Assembly (NCBI RefSeq): GCF_001194135.2
Contig: NC_068990.1
Location: 32,368,152-32,432,151, forward strand
From: Octopus bimaculoides
Lineage: Eukaryota
Direction: 5' to 3'
DNA length: 64,000 nucleotides
Part shown: positions 37,978 through 49,921 of the stretch, piece after piece
How the letters are laid out: each line of letters opens with the position of its first letter
Numbering within the stretch: position 1 is the stretch's first letter
Notes under the pieces: model-generated
The model's input: only the letters and a program-made list of their open reading frames with translations
Databases searched by the model: none
Told to the model about the DNA's origin: nothing
Position numbers and translations under genes: made by a program

Positions 37978-38300
37978 ATGCACCCCATCTGTCAACCACT
38001 CACTGTAGCTAAAACCTTTCACATCATTCTCTACACTCAGATCTTCAGTCACCCTAGCCACCTTTCATTCTCTTCTCACACTCTCACACTCCATCTTGTT
38101 CTTTGTCACCAACATGTCTATCTTCTTTCCAGCTGCTCCCAATCACCCTCATGTCACATGTAGTAGCCATGTATCTCTTCTATAGCAAGACACCTATGCC
38201 TGCCCCTCAATCACACTTTAGCCTCTTGACACTTGACCATAAATTCACCTCCCTTTGCACAGCAACCCCATTCATTTGTGGGAGTTTTTCTTTTATTTGT
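37975..38300 (-). mobile_element. Degenerate RTE-like LINE 3' end
   Basis: Minus translation resembles an RTE C-terminus (…WK…GV…); many stops; adjoins (TA)/(CA) repeats and the gap at 37513-37897. Confidence 0.4.
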
Positions 38301-38329
38301 CTTACAAGTTACTTGGTATCTTAACTAGT

Positions 38330-38590
38330 ATGGTACCATGAAAGAAAAAAAAAACATCCAGTACACCCTGTAAAGAGGTTGGCATTAGGAAAGAAATGCA
38401 ACTGTAGAAACTATGCCAAAGCTGACATTGGTACCTGATGCAGCTCTATCACTTGTCAGACTCTGTTAAAGACAACAACCCATGCCAGCATGGAAAAGAG
38501 ACACTGATGATGATGATGATGATGACGATGATGATGATGATAATAATGATGATGATGGTGTTGGTGGTGATGATAATGATGATGATGTTG
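38330..38590 (+). mobile_element. SINE family C 3' end with an expanded (GAT)n tail
   Basis: GGTTGGCATTAGGAAAG...CCATGCCAGCATGGAAAA followed by a long (GAT)n run. Confidence 0.75.
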
Positions 38591-38861
38591 ATGATGTGAT
38601 GCTATGTGAAAGTTCTCATAAAATATATGAAGAGAAGAAGTTATGATGCAATATAAATATTAAAGTTTCACAGAAGTGGTCATAAATTTATGGGTTTGAC
38701 TGTTTTGAGCCCCAATATCTATTTTGGTATGGTTTCTATGGTTTGTTGTCCTTCCTAAGGCCAAACATTATTCATAACTTTTCTGCTTTCTTCTAAGCTT
38801 AGCTTTGTTTGATGAAGCAGGCTGAGGAGACTAGATAATATCAATAAGGTCTAATAATCAT

Positions 38862-38995
38862 TATCATTTAACGTCCACTTTCATGCTAGCATGGGTTGGA
38901 CGATTTGACTGAGGACTGGTGAACCAGATCGCTACACCAGGATCCAATCTGATTTGGCAGAGTTTCTACAACTGGATGCCCTTCCTAACACCAAT
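38862..38995 (-). mobile_element. SINE family C 3' end
   Basis: CATTTAACGTCCACTTTCATGCTAGCATGGGTTGG...GCCCTTCCTAAC. Confidence 0.88.
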
Positions 38996-39096
38996 AAGCT
39001 GAATCATATTTGTTCCTTAGCTCACAAAGTGCTTTGGAAGAACAATTCTTAATTCTTATATTATCTCTCCTTTTCATTGTAGAATACAGGCATTTC

Positions 39097-39312
39097 AAGG
39101 TGGCAAGCTGGCAGAACTGTTAGCATGCCGGGCATAATGCTTAGTAGTACTTCGTCTGTCTTTACGTTCTGAGTTCAAATTCTGCCGAGGTCGACTTTGT
39201 CTTTCATCCTTTCGGGGTTGATAAATTAAGTACCATTTGCATACTGGGTTTGATCTAATTGGCTGGCTCCTCCCCAAAAATTTCGGGTGTTGTGCCTAGA
39301 GTAGAAAAGAAA
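39097..39312 (+). mobile_element. SINE family A, full length with degenerate 16-bp TSD
   Basis: AGAATACAGGCATTTC (39081-96) versus AGAATACTGGTATTGC (39313-28). Confidence 0.92.
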
Positions 39313-40591
39313 AGAATACTGGTATTGCTCAACTTATGTTTGTAATTGGTTTAAAGACATGTGACTTGACTCAAAAAACGTCGTAACACAAAAAATTACT
39401 TCAAAAACATTTATTTACTTATATCTGTTTTAATAAATGATTTGTACATATTTTCTCACATGGAGTTTTTTGGCTTGTCACTTCAGTATTGGTTTTTAAG
39501 TGTTTATTTTTATTTTGATGCTTTTAAATAAATATGTTCACTGAGACTGGCATAAAGTCAGATAAATCGAATGAAGTTGAGGTTTATTTTTCCATTAATT
39601 TCTTTGAAAAAAAGTCAATGTAAAGTCAAAAAAGACATAACTTGAAACTATGTAAATTGAGGTATACCTGTACTTACAATTGCTATATTTTTTTTCTTTC
39701 TCCAACTCAGAGATAAATTTCAGTTGGTTAGGAATTTTTTCACATAAGCAACCATTACAGCATATCATAAATTTTTAATCGAAAATTCATACCATTAACC
39801 CATTTGAGTCTTTCCCTTAGCTGTAAAGAAGCATAAAAAAAGAGAAGTTAACCTATATAGATACATTATACATTAGTATAAAATGATCTGTGTTGAAGAA
39901 TAACATCAAATTCCCATGATTGATTTAATGAGATACTGAGAAGGCAAAAGTAAAATGGTGATGATGGTGGTGGGTGGTTCTGATGAGGATGACGACAGTG
40001 GTGATAATAATGGTAACGGTGGTGCTGATGATGATAAAGATGCTGCTGATGATGATAATGCCAATTAATTAAAATCTATCCTTAATTCCAGCTTGTTGAC
40101 GTTGTTTATAAACTGGCATCGATGCAAGTATTCTTGGATAATTGTAGCTAATCTTAAATAAACCTCGCAGGTAATTACATTTGATCTTGCCAGAAAAGCA
40201 AATAGAAAAGATAGCTAGCTGTGTGTGTGCGGCTTGACTCAAAGATGGCATTTCTGGTTGATCTTTTACTGCAAAGGTCACTGGAAAGTTTTCTTATAGA
40301 ATTAAAAGACCAGAAGCTATGCATACAAGCTTGTTATGTTACTAATGCATTAGTAACATGTTTCAGGGAAGATAGACAGAAATATTTTGGCTAAATGACT
40401 AATTTTTAATTGAAAATTAATTCCCAGCATTGTGTTCCCTTATAATTAGAATAATTTAGATGGAGATGTCAGCAATTTTGTAATCTGTTTGACTGTAATT
40501 TCTCATATATTTAACAAGGGTTCTAGCTGACATATGATAAGGGCTAAGTACATAAAACAGATTCTGTCTTTCGGAAGGGCTGCTTTATATT

Positions 40592-40659
<68 letters not shown>

Positions 40660-40663
<4 letters not shown>

Positions 40664-40860
40664 AGGTTTTAAATTTTGACACAGGGCCAACAGTTTTTTA
40701 GTGTACGGGGCTAGTCAATTACATTGACACCAGTACTTCACTGGTACTTATTTTTTATCAACTCTAAAGTTTGGAAAGCGAAGTTGACTTCAGCGGAATT
40801 TGAACTCAGAATGTAAAACCAAAAGAAATGCCACTAATTGTTCTGCCAGCCTCCAGCCTC
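40660..40860 (-). mobile_element. SINE family A (degenerate) between (AAT)n runs
   Basis: AATTTGAACTCAGAATGTAAA (B-box reverse complement) and TTCTGCCAGC. Confidence 0.8.
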
Positions 40861-40882
40861 AATAATAATAATAATAATAATG

Positions 40883-40917
<35 letters not shown>

Positions 40918-40920
40918 TAT

Positions 40921-41330
40921 AATCATCATCATCATCATCATCGTTTAACGTCCGCCTTCCATACTAGCATGGGTTGGACGATTTGACTGAGGACTGGTGA
41001 AACCGGATGGCAACACCAGGCTCCAATCTAATTTGGCAGAGTTTCTACAGCTGGATGCCCTTCCTAACGCCAACCACTCAGAGAGTGTAGTGGGTGCTTT
41101 TACNNNNNNNNNNNNNNNNNNNNNNNNNNNNNNNNNNNNNNNNNNNGTCGCCCGCACATGAGCCAGTCCAGGGGCACTGGCAACGATCCCGCTCGAAAGA
41201 TTTCATGTGTCGCCCGCACATGAGCCAGTCCGGGGGCACCGGCAAACGATCCAGCTCGAAAAAGCCTCATGCGTCACTCGCACGAGCCAGTCCAGGGGCA
41301 CTGGCAACGATCCCGCCCGAAAGACCCCAT
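40921..41330 (-). mobile_element. SINE family C with gap and tandem ~62-bp modules
   Basis: (CAT)n tail, Meta-like core, N gap at 41104-41146, then three module copies starting at 41147, 41209 and 41273. Confidence 0.8.
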
Positions 41331-41364
41331 GATAATAATGATGACGTTGATGATGCAAACAATG

Positions 41365-41700
41365 ACAATACCTGGGAGTGCTGCAAGATGATAAGATAAT
41401 AGAAAGAGAAATAAGAAAGGAAGTTACTAGATAGTACAAGAGGAAAATTAGAAAGATGTTTTAAACAAAATTAAATAGAGGGAACATTGTTAAAGCTATA
41501 AATACATGGGCTATGCCAGTATTGAGATATTCTTCTCCCTTTCTAAAATGGGGAAAGGTCAAGCTGCAGAACTTGGATAGAAGAACTAGAAAGCTCCTAA
41601 CAGTATGCAACGCCCTCCACCTAAAAGTAATACTGATTGACTTCATCTATCAAGAAGAGAAGGTGGTAGAGGATTGTGAAAACTGGAAGACACTTTTAGT
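41365..41700 (+). mobile_element. R4/Dong-clade LINE fragment (post-RT)
   Basis: YLGVLQDDKII...NIVKAINTWAMPVLRYS...LDRRTRKLL; homologous to 43568-43834 on the opposite strand. Confidence 0.85.
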
Positions 41701-41724
41701 ACTGTGATACTGGGTCTGAAAAAT

Positions 41725-41905
41725 AGAATAGTTAGCATGCAAGACAAAATGCTTAGCAGTATTTCATCTGTCTTTACATTCTGAAATCAAATTCTGCCAA
41801 GATCAACTTTGCCTTTCATCCATTTGGGGGCTGATAAAATATGTACCAGTAAAGCACGGGCCAATGTAATTGACTAGCCCCCTAACTACAAAATTTCAGG
41901 TTATT
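41725..41905 (+). mobile_element. SINE family A (degenerate)
   Basis: AAAATGCTTAGCAGTATTTCATCTGTCTTTAC...CTTTGCCTTTCATCC. Confidence 0.8.
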
Positions 41906-41914
41906 ATTCATCAT

Positions 41915-42556
41915 CATAATCATCATCATCATCGTTTAACATCTGCTTTCCATGCTAGCACAGGTTGGACGACTTGACTGAGGACTGGCAAGCCAGAAGG
42001 CTGCACCAGGCTCCCATCTGATCTGGCAGAGTTTCTACAGCTGGATGCCCTTCCTAACACCAACCACTCCGAGAGTGTAGTGGGTGCTTTTATGTGCCAC
42101 CGGTACGAGGGCCAGTCACACGGTACTGGCAATGACCTCGCTCAAAAAGGTGTTTTTTTACGTGCCACCTGCACAGGAGCCAGTCCAGCAGCACTGGCAA
42201 CAACCTCGCTCGAATGATTTTCTAATGTGCCACCAGCACAAGTGCTAGAAGGCGACGCTGGTAACGATTATTCTCAATAGTGCTATTTACGGGCCACTAG
42301 CACGGAAGCCAGACAGCTGCTCTGGCAATGAACACGCTCAGACAGTGCTGTTAGTGCTCCACTGGCGCAGGTGCCAGTCATCAAGTATGGTTCAATTGCA
42401 ATTTCGATTTCACTTGCCCCAACAGGTCTTTGCAAGCAGAGTTTAGTGTCCAATGAAAGAGAGGTTGGCATGGGTGCCAGTTGTCGGATTTGGTTCGATT
42501 TCGATTTCAGATTTCAAATTCACTTGCCTCAGCAGGTCTTCGCAAGCAGAGTTTAG
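41915..42556 (-). mobile_element. SINE family C, long copy with multiple modules
   Basis: (CAT)n tail, Meta-like core, several CGTGCCACC...CACTGGCAAC modules and a duplicated CACTTGCC..CAGGTCTT..GCAGAGTTTAGTGTC segment. Confidence 0.85.
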
Positions 42557-44355
42557 TGTCTATTTTGTTTCACTTCTCAGAGTGCTTGGTCTTGTTTGAT
42601 TCTGTGAGAGTGGAAAGCAGCCTGTTGTCAGAGGTCTCACAGGGTCTCTTTCTGCACATTATAAGCTTTGATATTTGGTTGTTAATTATCGTGGGAGACA
42701 TTGAACATCCAAGTACCAATCTCAAAATCCTAGCTGTCCCTAGTGGAACAGATTTTTGGGCTTGCTCTGCTCTCATGTCAATTCCGATTTCTCTGACATA
42801 TTTCTTGAACTTGGTTTTAGTGCTCTGGGTACCCCTACAACTATTGGGATGACAGACACTCTCCTCATAGTCCACATTCTTGCAATTTTGTCTTTTAATA
42901 GTCTGTACTTTTCAATCTTTTCTAGTTCTTTGTCACTTATGCATGCATCCCCAGGTATTGCAATATCTATAATTTTGGTTTCTTTTTTTCCTTTATCTAT
43001 CACAACAATATCTGGTTATTGATTAGGGAGTCACATTAGATTGTAAAATCACACAATATCTTATAGTCATGGTACTCAGTGACTCCTTCTTGTTCATGTT
43101 TGCTTTATTTCTGTGTTCTGTCCAGGCTGTACTTTTCACATAGCCTCCAGTGAGCAAACTTAGCCACATTATCATGCTTCCTTGTGTAGTGCTTTTGGGC
43201 CAATTTGCTACACTCACTCACAATATGTGAGTTTGTCTCGATTTTGCTGTCACACATCCTACAAAGGGGCGATTTGCTACTCTTATCTATTCAGAACTTG
43301 GTGTAATTAGTTCTTAGAGCTTGTTTTTGAGTGCTGCATATCAATGCCTCAGTGCATCCTTTAAGATCACTTTTTCTTAGCCATCTCCAAGTGTTGATGT
43401 TGTCTTTTCCTTCGATTTCTCTGAGGTATTGCCCATGCAGTGATTTCATTTTCCAGTTGTTTATTCTTTCTTCTTTAACTTGTTTGTGGGTGCATCATAT
43501 TTTTGGTAGGTATTATATTGTTAATTCTAACAGCGGCAAGCAAGGATTCACTCTGCTGTTTGATGTATCATCGCAGACTGTTCTTCTCTTTGACAACACA
43601 GATCTTGCATCCTATAAGGGTTCTTCCTCCCTTGTTCCTAGGCACATACAGCCTGTCAGTATTGCTTTTTAGCTGTAGTTCCTTATTGATTGTCATCACT
43701 TTTCTGGTTTTCCTGTCTATTTCCTCAAGCTCACTCTTTGTCCACCTAACAACATCTGCACCATATTGCATTAAGGAAACAGCCCATGTGTTCATTGCCC
43801 TGATCTTACTTTTTTCATTTAGCCTACTTCCCATAATTAATTTGGCTCTTCTGAGATATTATCGCCTAAAGTTTTCCTTTATTTCACTTTCCTTGATTTT
43901 ATTGTATTCTAAAATACCCAAATACTTATATCCATTAGTCTCAATATCCTTGGTTTTCTTGCCATTGGGTAGTTCTACACCGTCAGGTGACACTACTTTG
44001 CCTTTTTGCATTATAAGCATACTGCACTTTTTAGTCCCAAATTCCATTCCGATATCCTTATTGAATATGTGCACTGTTGAAACTAGGCCATTTATTTCAC
44101 GTTTGGTCGTCCCAAAGATCAAAGTCATCCATATATAACAGATGATTTAATTTTCCTCCACTTTTCAAGATGTACCCCGTAGTATCTGTATGAGAGGTAT
44201 CATACAAATCACAAACAGCAATGGTGATAGGCTATCTCCTTGAAACATGCCTCTCTTGATGTTAACCCTCTCCAAAGATTTTCCACATGAAGTTAACTCT
44301 GCATTCTGATTCTTTATTGATCTCCTAATAAAATTTGATATGTTATCAGACACCT
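42557..44355 (-). mobile_element. R4/Dong-clade LINE (RT C-half, CCHC knuckle, restriction-like endonuclease), 5'-truncated and degenerate
   Basis: GMFQGDSLSPLLF, LLYMDD, CRMCDSKIETNSHIVSEC, IIDIAIPGD...EKIEKY; abuts a (TAT)n run at about 44356-44388. Confidence 0.92.
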
Positions 44356-44356
44356 A

Positions 44357-44388
<32 letters not shown>

Positions 44389-45635
44389 GTTTTATTTTCA
44401 TTGTGTGAAAGCATTGTTTTGCTTCTCTCTTCAAAATATGATCTATTCAAGCATTACCAAATGAAATTTTCATTGGAGTTCTTGTAAAAAGCACCATAAT
44501 TGCCTGAGAAAGGTCTGCTTTTGATATGGGGAGGGGGAACTGATGAAATTATGAATAAAAAAAATAAGGTTCATTTCACAAACTTTTAAAATTATGTTTA
44601 CGCACATTACATTTTAAAATCCAAAATGGCTACCACACATTATTATGTTGCAAGTCTAAAAAGCACAAAATTCAAACAACACAACTCAATGTACAAGAGG
44701 AAGGAGATAATAAATGGTATAGTGAACAGTTAATTGAATAAAAATCTCCCAAATACTCAAATAAAAATTTTGAAGATAGTGGCAGTAATAACAACATTAA
44801 TCTCAGTAGCACCTCTTACAAAAGTCCATATACTATAGTCTGTTCATATAGCAGTTTTGTAAAGGCAAACTGTACCACAGTACAAAATAAACATACAGAG
44901 CTTTTAGATCTATCAATTTCAAGAATAGATATGTAGGTTGGAGAACTTCATAAAATCAAACAACATTTCTTTGCCAAAGGCGCTGATCCATGAAAGGGCA
45001 AAAGTAAAGTATATAGCTCAGTTTATGAGAGATTTGAAGCAGACTAAATCTCTCTCACCTCAAGTAGTACAATAGGCTCTTCAAGACAAGAAAAAGTTCT
45101 CTCAGCTGAAAAAGGCAAAGGCTATGGCCTTATCTGCTGTACCTTTAAACTGAAGGCATAGCCAGAACACAAGCTGAAATTGTCAGGCATAACTTTGACT
45201 ATAAAGAGAAATACAAGAATGACAACAGAAGACATCAGAAATGATAAAACGTCATGTCTAGTCAACATCACTTTTGTATTGTAGTATGGGAGAATGGACA
45301 AAGCAGAATTAACAAAAAGTGAATGTGATCAGGGACATCAAAATGGATTTGCAAATTCTTATGACACATGAAGGCCACAGAGCCATACCAGAACTGAGCC
45401 CTATAGAAGACATCATGACAAAGGGAATGAAGTTGATTACAGAGTAGAAAACCTGAAGCTACATTTGTTGGGGGTGAGGCTCACCTTAGAATTGGAAGAA
45501 GAGAGAAGTTAAAGTAAGAAAAGAAATATGAAGATAAGGAAGATCAACAGCAGCAGGAAAAAAGTCACTAACCAAAAGTCTAGGGATGGTAAGTGAAATA
45601 TTTTTATGCTCAGTATTAGAAATCCATTCTACTAT

Positions 45636-45746
45636 TCTTTTATTCTTTTACTTGTTTCAGTCATTTGACTGCAGCCATGCTGGAGCACCACTTTTAGTCG
45701 AACTAATCGACCCCAGGACTTATTCTTTGTAAGCTTAGTACTTAGT
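45636..45746 (-). mobile_element. SINE family B 3' part, interrupted by a Penelope-like element
   Basis: TTTTACTTGTTTCAGTCATTTGACTGCAGCC...GGACTTATTCTTTGTAAGC. Confidence 0.85.
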
Positions 45747-46055
45747 ACTTCATCCCACAGGGGGACGTCCCCCCTGTGGGATGAAGTTAAAATAATAGTC
45801 AGAGAACACCACTGGAAAATACGAAAACTAAAAGAAGCAGCACATACGCTAGGACACAAGAACCTCCTAAGCAGACCGAGTGCAGATATGAGCAGCATAT
45901 GGCAACCAGTATTAAGGAAGGTATTAAGACACCTGAAGAAGGCTGGAGGGTATATCAGCCGAAACGTGTTAACAACAAAGATGAGGACAAATATCCGTCA
46001 AATGTAAATAATGTAAATAATATACATAATTCCTCATCTCTTAAATATAGAACTG
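45747..46055 (+). mobile_element. Penelope-like element 3' fragment (GIY-YIG C-terminus plus pseudo-LTR with degenerate hammerhead)
   Basis: PLWDEVKIIVREHHWKIRKLKEAAH...LSRPSADMSSIWQPVL; ACAC-CTGAAGA-A-GGCTG..CAGCC-GAAAC-GTGT at 45929-45969; 5' inverted hairpin. Confidence 0.85.
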
Positions 46056-46625
46056 TATTGATGTCTAGATCACAAAAGTTTGAAGGGAATAGTAGTCATT
46101 TCTTTTGATTTCTAGATAGAAGCAAATAGGAAATAACATTTACTGACCAGGCAAGAAAAAATTAAAATTTTGTTACATTGTGTGATTATTAAAATTGAAA
46201 CTAGGACATTACACTGAAATTAAAGAGATCACCTTCAATAAGCTGATGTTTTTCAACATTAAATGCCTCAAAAAATGGTTAATGGTGAATTTGAGAAATT
46301 ATTATACAAATGGGGTTGTAGAATGCCCTAATTCAACTTAACCAATAATATTTCATATTTTATCTATTTATATATTATTATAATCTTAATTTTAATTATT
46401 GATTGTTCTATTATACTATTTCATTTATTCTCTCACAAATATGTGTATGTGTATTATGTATGTGTGTGCTTGTGTTTATGTTGATGACGTCTGTGATAGC
46501 AGTCGTACTGGTGCTGAGGATAATGGTATTGATATCACTGGTGTTGGGGGTAGTGTTGGTGCATCATTACTTGAAGTAACCTACTTCATTTATTTATATT
46601 TTTCAATCTTCTGATTGGTATATAT

Positions 46626-46788
46626 ATCATCATCATCATCATCATCATCGTTTAACGTCCGCTTTCCATGCTAGCATGGGTTGGACGATTTGACTGGGGA
46701 CTGGTGAAACCGGATGGCAACACCAGGCTCCAGTCTGATTTGGCAGAGTTTCTACAGCTGGATGCCCTTCCTAACGCCAACCACTCAG
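46626..46788 (-). mobile_element. SINE family C 3' end
   Basis: (CAT)n-CGTTTAACGTCCGCTTTCC...CCTAACGCCAACCACTC. Confidence 0.9.
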
Positions 46789-46869
46789 AATATATTTTTT
46801 TTTTGTTATTGCTACTGTTTGCAATTTTGTGTCCTCTCCATCTTCGTTGTCACATGACATGACTGTGTG

Positions 46870-48020
46870 GTGTTAGCTGGGGAGGTTTGTGGTGTTGTTT
46901 TTGTTTATATAGTTGTTGTTGTAGTGATGGTATCATTAGAAGTGGCAGCCATTCTTGTTTCCTTCTTTGCTGTTGCCTTGAGGTGGCTTGTGTCACCACA
47001 CAAGTGACACCTTGGCCTTTGGCCTTCAATGGCTACATATAATTTTGTGCCATTTGGATGATTGAGCAGGTCTGAGATGGTTTTCGTGTTTTGGTGATAC
47101 ATTTGGTTCAATAGTTCCATCCATTAGCCATACTAATTTTGTTTCTGCAGCCTCTGTATCAGTAAACCATTGGCTTTGTCTATATCAAAACATCTACATC
47201 AAAGAGGCCAGCTGCCACCAACCAGTCTATTTCTGGTGGCACATTGATTATCATTATTTTAACTAACTTGCAACCAAGTTAGGTTGGGATGAGGACCAAT
47301 TACTTTCTCCTTAGGGTTGTTCTTGAGTGCTTTCTGGCCCCATCTTCTGTAGGTAATCTCACTTCAGACTATATCCACTTGTTTCCTCTTTTGATGTAAG
47401 TTTTTATGCTCCAGATTGATCTGAGGCAATTTTTAATCTACTGCTGTGTCATCTGTTCTATTTTTTAAAAACTTTTTGTAGCTAAAGTTTTTATATACAA
47501 CTGTTCTGAGGTCAGTTTGTTGCTGGATGGACCCTGGGATGTTGAGTTTCACTCAAATTTTAATGGATTTTTAAAAGATTATTCCATTTTTAAAACAATT
47601 TCTTCCTCTATTTGGCAGGCCATGTCAGCAAACCTGCTACCTCTACATTTGCATGCTGTGATTTCTATTTTTGAGTTAGTGTTAATGTTGGTGGCAAAGG
47701 AAGTGGAATGTTCAGGTGTTGAATGGATAATGGAATTTTTTTTTTTTGTTCTACAGTCACTTTGTTGTTGCTGTTGTTTTCAATTTCATTGTTTTTGCTG
47801 TTTTTCATTTGCCCTGTCATTTCTGTTGTTGTTTCGTTTGTTGTAGATTTTCTTGTTTTCATAGAAAATGGTGGAAATCGTGGTGGAGGAGATGGTGGTA
47901 CTTTGCTGAAGAGGCAGGAAGTTTGTGTCAAAACATTTCTTTAAATTATTGGTTCTCCACTACTGGGCAGTTTCCCCAAATATTCATGGATTAATTTTTA
48001 GAAAATACAAGCATGAATTC
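46870..48020 (-). mobile_element. Degenerate LINE ORF1 (gag-like zinc knuckle)
   Basis: LYVAIEGQRPRCHLCGDTSHLKA resembles the Cx2Cx4H knuckle of L1/Tx1-type ORF1; otherwise broken by stops. Confidence 0.55.
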
Positions 48021-48185
48021 CTCTTCGGAGTGCAAAAATTTAGCATAGCCAGCTAGTCCCAGGTGATATTGGTTGGCTTATTAACAAGATAGTACAACAA
48101 AAATATAAAGTAACATTCTTAGAAATAATAATTTAACAATAACTAATGAGCTTAAAAAAAATATCCTCATTTTTCAAACAGTATC

Positions 48186-48228
<43 letters not shown>

Positions 48229-48594
48229 GTTCTGTCCATTGTATGTACAAGACCAGAAATTTTTGGGTAGGGGACTAGTCAATTACATCAGTCCCAGTAC
48301 TTGACAGGTACTTTAGTTTATCAATCACAAAAGTATGAAAGCCAAATGTAATGGTAAGGACTGAATAGAGCTGGCTACTGCTGCAGACTGTGTCTTTCAC
48401 ATGTCCAAATGATCTTTCATTTTGAGAAATTTCTAGTGATTGCAAAGGTGTCTCATGAGTGTGATCTTTGCCATAATGTTTGTCTGCACTGAGTGGAAGG
48501 AATATTGTTCATAGGATGGTGTTGCAGTAGAGATCTGGGGTTTGTTGTAGATGTACCTGGGTGTTTGTGGAAGTTATAATCTTGAAAAGGTGTA

Positions 48595-48860
48595 GGTAGT
48601 GATGATGATGATGATGATGCAGATAATGATGATGATGATGGTGCAGATGATGATGGTGCAGATGATGATGATGTCAACAATGGCAATGATAATGATGGGA
48701 TGATTATGATAGTTATAATGAATATGATGGGACTGCAATGATGAGGAAGATTGTGATGATAATAAAGATGATCATTATGGTGATGATGCCACAACTAGTT
48801 GTAATGATGATGATGATGATGATGATGATGGTGACAATGACGAAGATGAAGATGAACAGG
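48595..48860. repeat. Degenerate (GAT)n low-complexity region; (CAC/CAA)-rich tract at about 49200-49490
   Basis: Visible trinucleotide periodicity. Confidence 0.85.
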
Positions 48861-49545
48861 AAGAGAATGATGTAGGAATGCTTGATATTGGAGAGACGGA
48901 CAGTCATAGTAAATGTGGTGGAGGTGAAGGTGAAGAATACAATTTAAAATGTTGATTAAACTCCACCTTTCTATAAACCAATTCTTCATCTCTTTCTCAC
49001 ATTGAAACTAGTTTCATTTTGATTTAATCTGTGAATTTAATTAAAGATTAATTTCCAAGTCAGTTCAACATTCCTATACCCATCACTGTATCAAGTTGTT
49101 ATCACCAAAACACATAAAATATGGCCAACAGATCTCAGCTTACATTTTGATATTGCTTTTCTACCTCGCATATCATATTTCCTAGCACTACCACACCGAC
49201 AGTAGCATTATTACCATTACACACCACCACTACCACCACCACCAACAACAACAACACCACCTCCACCAACACTAACAATAACCACAACATAACTCCTACC
49301 TCTTACCAGAAGCACTGACAACATCCTCCCCCCACACTACCACTAACAACAACAGCATTAATACCACTATACCACTAGCACCATCAACACCAACAGCAGC
49401 CCCGCCAGCCCCACCAGCCTGCCACAATCAGTACAAGGACAAACAATGGCATCAACAGACATATCACCGTCACCACTACTACCACCCCCTCTGACTTTTA
49501 ATTCATGCCACTGAAAAAACTGCATTATTTATGGGATGACCCAAG

Positions 49546-49579
<34 letters not shown>

Positions 49580-49921
49580 ATTTTGTATGTATGCTTAGAG
49601 TTGAATTGGGGAAACTATGATATTTTTGTGATCTGATGAGCTAGCTTTCTTTATTTGCTTTCATTTGTGAATATACAGTTGTATTGTATAATGCATAACA
49701 TGCATATTAATGCAAACATGTAAACATAATTTTATTCTACACTGATCCTACAACTACATGACGAAGGTTGCAAAATGGCTGTAATCCTAAGGATGTCAAG
49801 TGGTTAAATAAATATATTCATCTCACATACCTCCTGACATTTTATGGTTTATATATCATCATCATCATTTTTATAAAGTGGTTTCTGTATATGTCACCTT
49901 AGTGTTGTGCACTAATAACTG

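Noticed and set aside
48453-48989. His/Ser/Ile-rich ORFs, and the poly-Lys ORF at 63800-63997
   Set aside because: Translations of (GAT)n and (TTC)n microsatellites.
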